From a candidate division WOR-3 bacterium (lineage in GTDB: Bacteria > Hydrothermota > Hydrothermia > JBDRYB01): DNA of 64,000 nucleotides. The number at the start of each line of letters is the position of its first letter. Within the stretch, counting starts at the first letter, position 1. The notes below the pieces were generated by a model. The model searched no databases. It was not told the DNA's origin and was given only the letters and a program-made list of their open reading frames with translations. Shown piece after piece: positions 49,401-58,057 of this stretch. The DNA lies in NCBI GenBank assembly GCA_039803205.1, contig JBDRYB010000001.1, positions 235,413 to 299,412 on the forward strand, read 5' to 3'. The position numbers and the translations under genes were made by a program.

Positions 49401-50350
49401 GAACCAGGGCCGAGTTCTCCGGCTCAGGGGCAGGATGGCCCTTGGTTTATCCCCTTGGCCTGGATACGAGGTATCTCAAGGAGGGGTATACGGCTTTCGG
49501 TCAGTATTACTCCCTAGAATCAGAGGATTGGCCGCAGTTCCGTGGGGCAATAAGCGCCTCAGGCAGTTTCTCCGGCTCATACACGGTGCCAACCGATGCC
49601 AGGAGGGATACGGTGGGAGCGAGAATAGTGGTATATGACCCATCGCCCCCCTTCGGGAGGGTCGGCATCGCTGACAGCATCTACACATCGCAACCAGCCA
49701 GTTCCTCTGATATAACCGGTCCCACAATAAGGTTCTACTATGAGGGCAAAGAGCTCTCCGAGGGAGAAAGGGTTCCCCAGAAGGGATGTATTGAGTTCAG
49801 GGTCTCCGATCCATCCGGGATATACATAAGGCCAAGGGAAAAACCCATGGATGGCCCATCAATCCTTTTCATCCTTGATAACGAGAACTACGATGTTACC
49901 ACCTCATTCCAGTATGACAAAAACTCTGACACATCCGGGTTTGGGTTCTACGAATACGATCTCACGGGCGAGGCTGAGGCAACCCACACATTCGGCTTGA
50001 GGGCATACGATAACATAATGAACCTGAGCACAAGGATAATTCCTCTCGTTGTAGGGGAGACGGAGCTATCGCTCACTGACGCCCTGCCCGTCCCCAATCC
50101 CTTCACCGGAGGGAGGCTCTATTTCTCTTTCAGGGTCAACACCCAGGCAAGGGTAAGGGTAAAGCTTTTGACCATAACCGGAAAAGAGGTCTGGAACTCA
50201 GGGGAGAAGGTGGTGCCACAGGGCTTAAACCACTTCCTTTACACTGGTCCCGATGTTGCTAACGGGCTTTATTTCGTGGTTTTTGAGGCGAGGATCCCGA
50301 ACGACACGAAGAAGCAGAAAATAGTTGAGAAGCTCCTCATAACGAAATAG
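46448..50350 (+). CDS. PorU-like C25 cysteine peptidase (T9SS sortase candidate)
   Basis: IKVSVTEPGVYEV, D.VLFYAQG, HPYTDTVVYW, VYDQFGFG..DPVAIRNF, GDGSYDYK, HG and SC catalytic residues, CTD; start overlaps the upstream stop (TGATG). Confidence 0.8.
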   Translation: MSWVWTFILAHGISPLIPDQPSKRASQTIPSRTTGDSAEITILSSDENKLVFAVDFPPAQYQAETLNGKPYLRFKDGGWGEAGEPDLPARLVSFAVPRGKSPKIRAIATDQTSFQGPPPLPCPRYIHDGLTPVYEAKDYKTPWPAKPWRILAQGLMRHLKYTSILLYPCSYNGGSYTYARRMRVEVEFIPEDDGLVPFSGYDPFDEIYGLRFINWKDQASWKAALPTKKDIQDPFSSAQAWIKVSVTEPGVYEVRYEDMIGLGLSPALLSDPNKLAVFSLGNDTMRSDTGHMEVVFSEVAARVDDAGDGVFGPGDRVLFYAQGIPDRRYNAVDRYFEYWNHPYTDTVVYWIAVGYTGIPKRAPSKDARPIGALTCSTNTGYLHHERNKLNLGQKGIIWVDDSVLSLPQSSSFADYPFEMECLGVNDGTGSVFLALVGKDNQELGAATYQVWVNGQMVGQSSTAAGMRRFYRVSVSNLREGQNTITIRLIRTDSYAKEVYLDFIDLQYSKKNEYGSQGNLFFPDNGFNGNYKLKASGPRPVFLWDVSDPFNPVVLRNFAWNDGHLEFSDSLFPGKRLWLSCSAKRPVKLSLLDLSVNLWDRGNRADYIICGPDALMEPCRALVDWRGEHLWLWADNLWKMGSGAVKYVRLEDVYDQFGFGMRDPVAIRNFYWYAYAYWQAPQITYFVNMGDGSYDYKGYRTTEGNMFPPWNPRESYSLNSGPWTHEDFYFDFDGDNFQDVLYGRVTARNAKEAWDYVVKMKRYERGEANGPWRNRVLLVPDDEYYDGQQDGISDHWTNADDIQRNHTPRSLEVRHCYGIEYPMRGGMKPEWTDDFIRYFNEGNLLITMFVHGSPTQITHERLYLLATDRERINAGPRNALIMVLSCKVGIFERIDPPHCIGEEWAIRPDGAIGVISTLAEATSGANRMYARGMYDLLSDYSPHPAGEVELAGKNDPSYYLAGEPCVPIRFPPPELALIAPDTLTPGTRAEFSGSGAGWPLVYPLGLDTRYLKEGYTAFGQYYSLESEDWPQFRGAISASGSFSGSYTVPTDARRDTVGARIVVYDPSPPFGRVGIADSIYTSQPASSSDITGPTIRFYYEGKELSEGERVPQKGCIEFRVSDPSGIYIRPREKPMDGPSILFILDNENYDVTTSFQYDKNSDTSGFGFYEYDLTGEAEATHTFGLRAYDNIMNLSTRIIPLVVGETELSLTDALPVPNPFTGGRLYFSFRVNTQARVRVKLLTITGKEVWNSGEKVVPQGLNHFLYTGPDVANGLYFVVFEARIPNDTKKQKIVEKLLITK

Positions 50351-50362
50351 CGACTAGAAACC

Positions 50363-51937
50363 TTACCTCGTGAAGGCCCCGGCGCTCTCCTGGCCCTCCT
50401 TTGTCCTCAGGACAACCCTGTAGTAGCCCTTTGCCAGGCCGGAGAGATCAACCCTGAAACGGCCAGATACCTCCCTGCTCACAGCGAGCCTTCCCGTCGC
50501 GTCGTAGACCAAGAGCGTTCCCTCTGAGACCTCTCCAAGAGCGAGCTGGCCCCCGATGACCATCAGGCTCGGCTCACGGACGACAGGGCCTTCCTCGGTC
50601 TCAGAGAATGTCGTATCCGTGCCGAAGTAGATCTTCTGGTGGCCCTCCCTCGTGTCTGTCCAGACGAGGTATGGCTTCCCGTTGTGGCCAGCAAGGCCTA
50701 TGTATTCCCCGATTAGCCCAGCCTTCTCAACCGGAGCCGATGACTCGGATGTCACCCTTCGGTTCGGAGCCCATGTAACCCCTCCGTCCGTGCTCTTCGT
50801 GTAATAAAGGTTGAAATAGTAGTTTGAAGGGTCATCTCGCCTATCGTAGAAGGCAACATGAATGACTCCGGTGTTGTCAACGAAAAGCCAAGGGTGAAAC
50901 TGGTCCCTTCCGTTGCCCGTAGGGTCATCGTTTATCCGGAGGGGTGTTGACCAGCTTATTCCGCCGTTCGTCGATCTAATGAAGTATATGTCCAGGCCGG
51001 AAGAGCCGTTGGAGCCAGCATAGGCAATGTAGAGGTTTCCGTCATACGGCCCTCCGCTCACATCAGCGTCCATAGCGGGGAACGAGAAGGTCATTATCCC
51101 TCCGTTGATCTCGCCCATTCCGAAGTTCGTGTTGACTATTGGGTTATCCGTGCCAAAGGATGCCCCGCCGTTTGTTGATTTGTCCAGGTATATGTAGTAA
51201 TCCCCGAGATCAACCCAGGCAACATAAAGGGTTCCATCGGAACCAACGCATGGAACCGACCACTGGGTGTAGTTGGACGATGAGACCCGGACAGGGCTGT
51301 TCCATGTCTGGCCTCGGTCTGTCGATCTTATGCAACAGATGTAGCACTCAGAGAGGTAATTGGCGAAACGCGTCCAGGATATATACATGTAGCCGTCCCT
51401 GGAGCCTCCGGACCTGTCGCATGTGGTCATCTCCTTGTCCTCAAAGTAGTAGTCTCCGGGGGTGTAGAGCGCGGTAAAAGGCCCATCCCAGCTCATCCCG
51501 CCGTTCGTTGACCTGTAGACCTGGAAGCCGGAGTTCTCGTATCCCGAGGAGGAGAAGTTCAGGGCTGTGGCGTAGAATGTGCCATCAGAAGCAACAGTGA
51601 GGCAGGGATCGGAATCCCAGGCCTCTATCCCGGGAACGAGAAGGCTATCAGACCATGTTTTTCCCTCGTCCGTTGAGACCCCTATGCCTATCCGCCTGTA
51701 TCCGAGCCTGAAATCCCGCCAAACAGCAACTATGTTCTGCGGGTTATTGGGGTTCATCCAGACCTGTTCCTCGTTGTGGATGTTTGTGCTCGCGTCAGAG
51801 TTGACCCTTATGTTTGAGAAATCGGTCGTGACCTTATCCCCAAGGATACGGATGCCCTCGGTGTTCGTCTGGGTTTCCCAGACATCCTTAAGGTTCATCG
51901 GGCCCTCAGTGCAAAGAAGCAAAACGAAAAGGTTCAT
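50363..51937 (-). CDS. BNR/Asp-box (sialidase-like) propeller protein with T9SS-like CTD
   Basis: Repeated S-T-(D/N)-x-G-x-(T/S)-W, DQFHPW, IGEYIGL; CTD YDATGRL...GYY. Confidence 0.8.
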   Translation of the reverse strand: MNLFVLLLCTEGPMNLKDVWETQTNTEGIRILGDKVTTDFSNIRVNSDASTNIHNEEQVWMNPNNPQNIVAVWRDFRLGYRRIGIGVSTDEGKTWSDSLLVPGIEAWDSDPCLTVASDGTFYATALNFSSSGYENSGFQVYRSTNGGMSWDGPFTALYTPGDYYFEDKEMTTCDRSGGSRDGYMYISWTRFANYLSECYICCIRSTDRGQTWNSPVRVSSSNYTQWSVPCVGSDGTLYVAWVDLGDYYIYLDKSTNGGASFGTDNPIVNTNFGMGEINGGIMTFSFPAMDADVSGGPYDGNLYIAYAGSNGSSGLDIYFIRSTNGGISWSTPLRINDDPTGNGRDQFHPWLFVDNTGVIHVAFYDRRDDPSNYYFNLYYTKSTDGGVTWAPNRRVTSESSAPVEKAGLIGEYIGLAGHNGKPYLVWTDTREGHQKIYFGTDTTFSETEEGPVVREPSLMVIGGQLALGEVSEGTLLVYDATGRLAVSREVSGRFRVDLSGLAKGYYRVVLRTKEGQESAGAFTR

Positions 51938-52030
51938 AGCTCACAAATTATAAGGCCGCCCCAGGTCCCGTTCAAAACAGCCCGTAAGACAAATAAGGTC
52001 AAGAAATCAGGCCCCGCGCCTGCCAATTTT

Positions 52031-53242
52031 CTACAGCCAGTCCATCCTCATGGCCTTCCTGACCAATGCCATGGTTTTCCCGGCTTCATCCCGCGCCCTC
52101 TTGGAACCCTCCCTGAGGACATCTATCAGGTAATCATCTTTGAAAGAGGCCCTGCGCTCCCTGAGAGGCTCCAGAAACTCGTTCAGGCCAGCTGCCGCGC
52201 GCTTCTTGCACTCAACGCAACCCAGTTCCCCGCGCTCGCAGGCTATCTTGACCTCATCTGCCCTCTCAGGCAGAAACGCCTTTATCAGGAGGAAGACCGG
52301 GCAATCCTCCGGGTGGCCCGGGTCGCTCTTTCTTATCTTTGATGGGTCAGTAAAAAAGCCCATGAGCTTGCGCTCAAGGAGATCAGGGGCATCAGCGAGA
52401 TATATCCCGTTATCGTAGCGCTTGCTCATCTTTCTCCCGTCAGAACCCAGAATCCTGGGCACTGGCGTGAGAAGCGCCTCCGGCTCAGGGAAAACCTGGG
52501 CGTAGAGGGAGTTGAAACGGCGAACGATGTCCCTGGCGAACTCAATGTGGGGAACCTGATCCTCACCAACAGGAACCACATGAGCCCTGTATATTGCGAT
52601 GTCAGCCGCTTGAAGTATTGGGTATTCAAGGAAACCGCAGGATATCGCCTCAAAGCCTGGGACATCCGAGAAATCAACGCCAGCCACAGCGCCAGCCAGG
52701 ACCTCCGAGGCCCTATCAGTCAGTAAGGAAAGCTCTGATGAGAGCTTTTGTTTGGCGGTCTCGGGATCCGGCTTGCCGGAGACGAACTCCGCCAGCCGAT
52801 CCACGACCTCAGCCCTCATCCTCCTGAGGACATCCGAGACATCCCCTGTTTCGGTCCGCAGTTTGTCCTTCATGGTCTCAGCCCTTATGTCCTCAAGGTG
52901 CTCCTTGAATGTGGGGACCCGGAGGGCCTTTGAGAGGGAGACCAGCATTGAGAAAAGCAGGTGGAGTTCAGCGTGCTCAGGGACGGCTGATTGGAGAAAC
53001 AGCACGGATCTCTCCGGCGAGAGCCCAACAGCGAGCCAATCCCTGACCATCTCAAGGGTGTTTTGCCTCAGGGCCCCGGTCTCAGCGTAGTCAGTCGTCA
53101 AAGAGTGCCAGTCAACGACGCAGTAGAATGTCTCGTATTCTCCAGAGTCCTGGATCCTGACCCAGTTGAAGAAAGCGCCAGCGAGGTTCCCCAGATGGGC
53201 CTTTCCCGTTGGCCTCGTCCCGGAGAGAACGCGTCTCTTCAC
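52031..53242 (-). CDS. trpS: Tryptophan--tRNA ligase
   Basis: SGTRPTGKAHLGN, YPILQAADI, VPVGEDQ, KMSK; probable GTG start at 53242. Confidence 0.95.
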   Translation of the reverse strand: MKRRVLSGTRPTGKAHLGNLAGAFFNWVRIQDSGEYETFYCVVDWHSLTTDYAETGALRQNTLEMVRDWLAVGLSPERSVLFLQSAVPEHAELHLLFSMLVSLSKALRVPTFKEHLEDIRAETMKDKLRTETGDVSDVLRRMRAEVVDRLAEFVSGKPDPETAKQKLSSELSLLTDRASEVLAGAVAGVDFSDVPGFEAISCGFLEYPILQAADIAIYRAHVVPVGEDQVPHIEFARDIVRRFNSLYAQVFPEPEALLTPVPRILGSDGRKMSKRYDNGIYLADAPDLLERKLMGFFTDPSKIRKSDPGHPEDCPVFLLIKAFLPERADEVKIACERGELGCVECKKRAAAGLNEFLEPLRERRASFKDDYLIDVLREGSKRARDEAGKTMALVRKAMRMDWL

Positions 53243-53261
53243 ATTCAAATTATCGCTGATC

Positions 53262-53829
53262 CTACCGAACCGGTTCAAGCTCGCAAAGGAAATGTCTTAG
53301 AGCCTTCGGTTCCCACACGATTCTGTATCCCCGAATGTCTTTTCTTTTATCGTAGACCCTTTTCGCGGCCTCAGCGACCCAATCAAGGTGAGCTTTGGTA
53401 TAGACACGCCTTGGTATGGCCAGGCGAACGAACTCGTGCTTGGCCTCAGGGTGGTGTCAAAGAGGGTGTTTGAAATGACTATATCCCCCTGCCTCAGGAG
53501 AACCGAGGCGATTATCCTCTCGCCCCCCTGCCCTGGTGGACCGGTATCACATGGGGCATGCCCATGAACTCCTGGACAGCGCGCTCAAACCTATACCATG
53601 ACTTGGCTGAGGCGTAGGACTCGTCCCCCAGCATGAGGGCTGACCACTGCTCCTGGCTCATTGCTCCGGTTCCGGAATCGGTCAAAAGGTCAACGAAAAC
53701 CTTCTCCGCTGGTATCTTGAAAAGGTTGTAGTGGGCCTCCTTCAGGAGCCTATCCCTTTCCTCAGGGCCAGGGATCTCTATGTGCTCAACGCTCTTTATC
53801 CTAAAGGGTTCTATGGGGTATTCTGGCAT
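53262..53829 (-). pseudogene. tnaA: Tryptophanase pseudogene (frameshift + large internal deletion)
   Basis: [36 protein letters not shown]...SNTLFDTT joined to the C-terminus VRLAIPRRVYT...LRHF. Confidence 0.88.
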
Positions 53830-53944
53830 TAGGAAAGCGTTCCTTTCGCGCTCAGGACCACTTGCCTGCCCCTGTAATGAAGCCGAGATGCCCATGTGAA
53901 GGGGTCAGGAAGATAGAGGGCGATCAGGATGCGACGCCAGCGGC

Positions 53945-54499
53945 TTATTCCCCCTCCCAGAGCTCCCTGATGTCAACTGGAAAGCCCAGGGCAAAAAGAA
54001 CCCTCTTGACCACGAAATCAACGAGCTCTGTTATTGATTCTGGGTTGTGATAAAATCCGGGACACGCTGGCATGACCGTTGCGCCACCTAGAGAAACCTT
54101 TAGCATCGCCTCAATGATAACCGGCGAAAGGGGCGTCTCCCTTATCAAAAGAACGAGGGGCCTTCTTTCTTTAAGCGCGACCTGCGCGGCTCTGGTAACC
54201 AAGTTGTCCCCTATGCCTGAGGCTATCTTGCCCAGGGTTGAGACAGAACAAGGGACGACCCCAAAAGCGGAAAACCCAGCTGTTCCTGAGGCAGGGCCCC
54301 TCGCAATATCATCCGCTTCATAGACCTCTGTCGCGAGGCCCTTTATCTCATCCAGGGAAAATCCCTCGGCCTCAAGGACATGATTGCCCCACCGGGTTAT
54401 GGCGACATGGGCCTCGGCTCCGAGGTCTCTCATCTCCTCAAGGAGCCTCACCGCGTAAGCCGCGCCTGAGGCGCCTGTTATTCCCAGAAAGACCCTCAT
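53945..54499 (-). CDS. ubiX: Flavin prenyltransferase
   Basis: GITGASG, ASG, PCS..TL, RAAQVALKERRPL..RETP, PGFY. Confidence 0.92.
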   Translation of the reverse strand: MRVFLGITGASGAAYAVRLLEEMRDLGAEAHVAITRWGNHVLEAEGFSLDEIKGLATEVYEADDIARGPASGTAGFSAFGVVPCSVSTLGKIASGIGDNLVTRAAQVALKERRPLVLLIRETPLSPVIIEAMLKVSLGGATVMPACPGFYHNPESITELVDFVVKRVLFALGFPVDIRELWEGE

Positions 54500-55041
54500 C
54501 TGACCAGGAATATGTTCTCGGGCAGGGTCAGCTTCTCCTCAGGGATGGCGGAGCTCGTGTCCAGCCTCATCAAGGAGCACTCGTAGACCTCCTTCCCAAC
54601 ATTAAACCTGTAGTAGAGGGTCAGGCCCCCCCAACGCAGGAGCTTTCCCTCGTTTGAGGTGTCATCGCCCGTCAGCTTGTAGGCAACGCAGGTATAGCCC
54701 ATGTATTCCTCGGTTCCTATCTTCTCTCCCTTCATCCCTTCGTGGCCGAGCACAATCCCCTTTGAGACCGGGTCTCCAGTGCACCAGAAGTTCACGAGGT
54801 CCTCAGGGGTCTTGAAATATCCCTCCTGCGCTGAGAACTCCATGAGGCTCATGTCAACCTTCCAGCCCTTCTTGTCAAGAACCAGGCCCCTCTCGGAGAG
54901 CTCTCCGCCTCGGTATATGAACATCCCTACCCGTTTCCCGTAATCCGCTATGTAAGCGACCGAGCTGTCCTCACCCACCCTCCAAGCAACTATTGCCTTC
55001 TGGAAGGAGAAGGGCCCGGCCATTAGCGTTAATAAAAGCAT
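54496..55041 (-). CDS. Hypothetical exported protein
   Basis: GGAGGTGA then ATG at 55041; G.E...GY.C..Y motif; IPEEKLTLP. Confidence 0.65.
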   Translation of the reverse strand: MLLLTLMAGPFSFQKAIVAWRVGEDSSVAYIADYGKRVGMFIYRGGELSERGLVLDKKGWKVDMSLMEFSAQEGYFKTPEDLVNFWCTGDPVSKGIVLGHEGMKGEKIGTEEYMGYTCVAYKLTGDDTSNEGKLLRWGGLTLYYRFNVGKEVYECSLMRLDTSSAIPEEKLTLPENIFLVR

Positions 55042-55046
55042 GTATC

Positions 55047-56228
55047 TCACCTCCTTTTTTCCGTTACCTTTATCTCCTCCGCGCACATGGGCAAAGGGCC
55101 ATCTATGCCGAAGAGGGCTCTCAGGGCCTCCTCGGCCGGATAAGAGCCCTTGAGCCTCGTGCTCTTCCTCGTCGTGTTGACAACAAGGGAGCTCACGGCA
55201 ACCGCTTGGATCCCATCATCAGCGAACCCAGCGAACCAATCGCACCTGCCGTATGGGTCTTGACCGGTGAGGGTCCCTGTCTTTCCACCGACCTTCACGC
55301 TCCCGAGGACAGCAGACCCATCTGAGGCGTAAAACGCCCTGTATGAGGTTCCTGAACTCACCGTTGCAAGCATGAGCTCCCTCATCTCCGAGGCCTCTCC
55401 AGGGCTCATGGCCACCCAAAGGGTCTCCGGCCTCGCGCGCCAAACCAGCTCGCCGTTCTTGCTCTTGACGCTGTCTATCAGGGATGGCCTCATCACAGCC
55501 CCTCCGTTTGCGACCCCGGAGCATATGAGCAGGGCGTGCATGGGGCTTATCGTGGAATTGACGAAGCCCGCTCCCATGAGCATGAGGCTATCAGTGTTCC
55601 TCGGTTTCTCAGCCTCCCCAAAACCAAGCTCCTCAGGCAGGCTGAACCTCGCCCCGTCAACCCTGAAGCCCAGGTCCCGCGCGGCCTCCAGGAGTGCCTC
55701 CCGGCCGACTTCCTTTGCAAGGACGCCGAAAGCAGGGTTGCAGGAGGCTCCAAAGGCCTCCGCGAATGTGGCTTTTGCCACATACTTGCTCTTTAGCCAG
55801 ACGCGAGGGCTCCTTGAGTGGGGCTTGCCCCTGTATGTGAGCGAATCATCCGGGCTGAGGCCCTTCTTTCTCATGGCCGCGAGGGCCGTGGCCATCTTGA
55901 AGAGGCTCGCGGCTGGGAATGTGTTTCTCAGCACGAGGTTCTTGTTCCACTGACTGGTTGGCTCAGACCTGCTGTAGGCCTGAAGCCCGAGGATCCTCCC
56001 CGTTGATGCCTCCATGAGGAGGATTACCGCGTAGCCGGGCCGCCAGTTATCGTATATCTCAAATGTCCTTGTCTGGACGCTTGGTTTCACGGAAAAATAA
56101 GCAACATCGCCGTTCTGAAGGGTATAGGTGTAGACCGAATCCCGGAGGGACGAGTTCTTGAAGAGCCAAAGCTGGGTTCTGAACGAGGAATAATCGGTTC
56201 CGGAGAGGAGAAACAGGGTTAAAACCAT
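55047..56228 (-). CDS. Penicillin-binding transpeptidase-domain protein
   Basis: SxxK (SLFK), SxN (SCN), KTG motifs. Confidence 0.85.
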   Translation of the reverse strand: MVLTLFLLSGTDYSSFRTQLWLFKNSSLRDSVYTYTLQNGDVAYFSVKPSVQTRTFEIYDNWRPGYAVILLMEASTGRILGLQAYSRSEPTSQWNKNLVLRNTFPAASLFKMATALAAMRKKGLSPDDSLTYRGKPHSRSPRVWLKSKYVAKATFAEAFGASCNPAFGVLAKEVGREALLEAARDLGFRVDGARFSLPEELGFGEAEKPRNTDSLMLMGAGFVNSTISPMHALLICSGVANGGAVMRPSLIDSVKSKNGELVWRARPETLWVAMSPGEASEMRELMLATVSSGTSYRAFYASDGSAVLGSVKVGGKTGTLTGQDPYGRCDWFAGFADDGIQAVAVSSLVVNTTRKSTRLKGSYPAEEALRALFGIDGPLPMCAEEIKVTEKRR

Positions 56229-56322
56229 GGCCGAATATCTTAAACCAGCGAGACCTGCGATTTCAATTTGAATGAGGCCCCCGGAGGGGTTTATAATTGA
56301 ACCTTAGCCATGGAGGTTTATT

Positions 56323-56601
56323 TTGAAAAACTGTCCAAGCTGCGGCGCTGAGAACCCTGATGAGTCAAGGTATTGCGTGAAGTGCGGAGCGCTTCTATCT
56401 AGCCCTGGAGAGACAAGCGGCCCGACCGGCGTCTCTGGCCCATACTCAGGTGAGGTGATAACCGGCGGGCCGCCGCCCGAGAAGAAGAGCAAGTGGTGGA
56501 TATGGCTGATAATAGGCATAGCCGCTTTCCTAATCATAGTAATAGGAATATGCTGTATAGTTGGCGGCGGATGCGCTATGCTCGGTTCTCTGGGGCAATA
56601 A
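56323..56601 (+). CDS. Zinc-ribbon membrane protein
   Basis: CPSCG...YCVKCG, C-terminal TM helix; GGAGG before TTG. Confidence 0.75.
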   Translation: MKNCPSCGAENPDESRYCVKCGALLSSPGETSGPTGVSGPYSGEVITGGPPPEKKSKWWIWLIIGIAAFLIIVIGICCIVGGGCAMLGSLGQ

Positions 56602-56620
56602 CACCTAACAAGGTAACAGC

Positions 56621-57683
56621 ATGGAGGAGCTGAGGAGAAGACTCTCTGAGCTGAGGGGGTTCCTTTGATACGGAGGCCCTCTCTGCTCGCGCTCGGGAGA
56701 TAGAGGCCCGGGCTGGCGAGCCGGGATTCTGGTCGGATCAAAAGGAGGCGAGGTCCCTGATGGCCGAGCTCTCTGGAATAAAGGAGAAGCTGGAGCTATT
56801 TAGCCGCCTTGAATCCGAGATAGAAACCATAGAGGAACTGTTGAGGGAGGACCCCTCCGGGGCCGATGAGCTCGCGGGCGAGATAGCGAGCATCCAAAAA
56901 AGCCTTGATGAGCTTGAGCTAAGGCTCGTTCTCTCGGATCCGGATGACATGAAGAACGCCATACTCACCATTCATCCAGGCGCTGGTGGCACAGAATCCC
57001 ACGACTGGGCGAAGATGCTCCTCAGGATGTATCTCATGTGGGCTGAGAGGGAGGGCTACGGGGTCAAAACGCTTGACTATCAGCCAGGTGAAGAGGCTGG
57101 CATAAAGGACGCCACCATACTGGTTGAGGGGCAATATGCCTACGGCTACCTGAAGGCTGAGCGGGGGGTTCATCGCCTCGTGAGGATAAGCCCTTTTGAT
57201 GCCTCGCACAGGCGCCATACCTCTTTCGCTTCCGTATTCGTTTATCCGGAAGCGGAGGAGATTGAGCTTGAGCTGAACATGAACGAGATAAGGATAGAGA
57301 CTTTCAGGGCATCCGGGCCAGGGGGCCAACACATGCAGAAGAACGATACTGCTGTCCGCGTTATACATGAGCCCAGTGGAATAGTGGTTTCATGCCAATC
57401 AGAGCGCTCCCAGCACCAGAACAAGCTGAACGCTCTCCGCATCCTCCGCGCCAAGCTATACGAGCGCGAGCGCGAGGCGAGGGAGGAGGCTCTCAGAGCC
57501 AAGACCGGAGAAAAACACGAGATAGGTTGGGGACACCAGATAAGGAGCTACATCCTGCATCCTTATCGCATGGTCAAGGACCACAGGACCGGCTACGAGA
57601 CAGGGAACGCGGACGCGGTGCTTGACGGAGATATAACCGAATTCATGAGGAAATACCTGCTTTCTACCGGGAGAAAGGGATGA
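56621..57683 (+). CDS. prfB: Peptide chain release factor 2 (programmed +1 frameshift)
   Basis: 15-codon first ORF ending AGGGGG-TTC-CTT-TGA (56654-56668); +1 frame DTEAL...FWSD; SPF and GGQ motifs. Confidence 0.95.
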
Positions 57684-58057
57684 AACTTCGGGTTATCTTT
57701 TTGGGGTTGGCCCTGGCGGGCTGTGAGCTTATCCCCTGGGGAAAGAGGGACATAAACCTCACCCCATCCGCGAGACAGACCCCTGGGTATCAGGAGGTCA
57801 CGGATTTCCTGAGGTATCTCAAGAAGGGAAAGGCCGAGAGGGCCGCGGAGCTCCTCTCAGAAGAAGCAAGGGGCCAGTGGAACATCAGGCTCGCGCTCAT
57901 TCCGGAAAGGGAAAGAAAGGAGTTCCTTCGGAGCATGAGAACCGATACATTCTCGGTTGATGAGGACATAAACCGTTTTATCGTAAAGGGTAAAAGTATA
58001 CCCCCGGCCAGGATAAAGGTTGTCAGGGAGCGGGGAAAGAGGAGGCTTGAGTTTTGA
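57680..58057 (+). CDS. Hypothetical lipoprotein
   Basis: LAGC lipobox; start overlaps the prfB stop. Confidence 0.7.
   Translation: MKLRVIFLGLALAGCELIPWGKRDINLTPSARQTPGYQEVTDFLRYLKKGKAERAAELLSEEARGQWNIRLALIPERERKEFLRSMRTDTFSVDEDINRFIVKGKSIPPARIKVVRERGKRRLEF

Noticed and set aside
52640..52900. Intein in trpS
   Set aside because: No N-terminal C/S or C-terminal HN splice motifs; short and helical
53830..53950. TnaC-like Trp leader peptide upstream of tnaA
   Set aside because: A frame with two Trp codons ends at TAATG but has no canonical start before them and no W-x3-D...P-stop pattern
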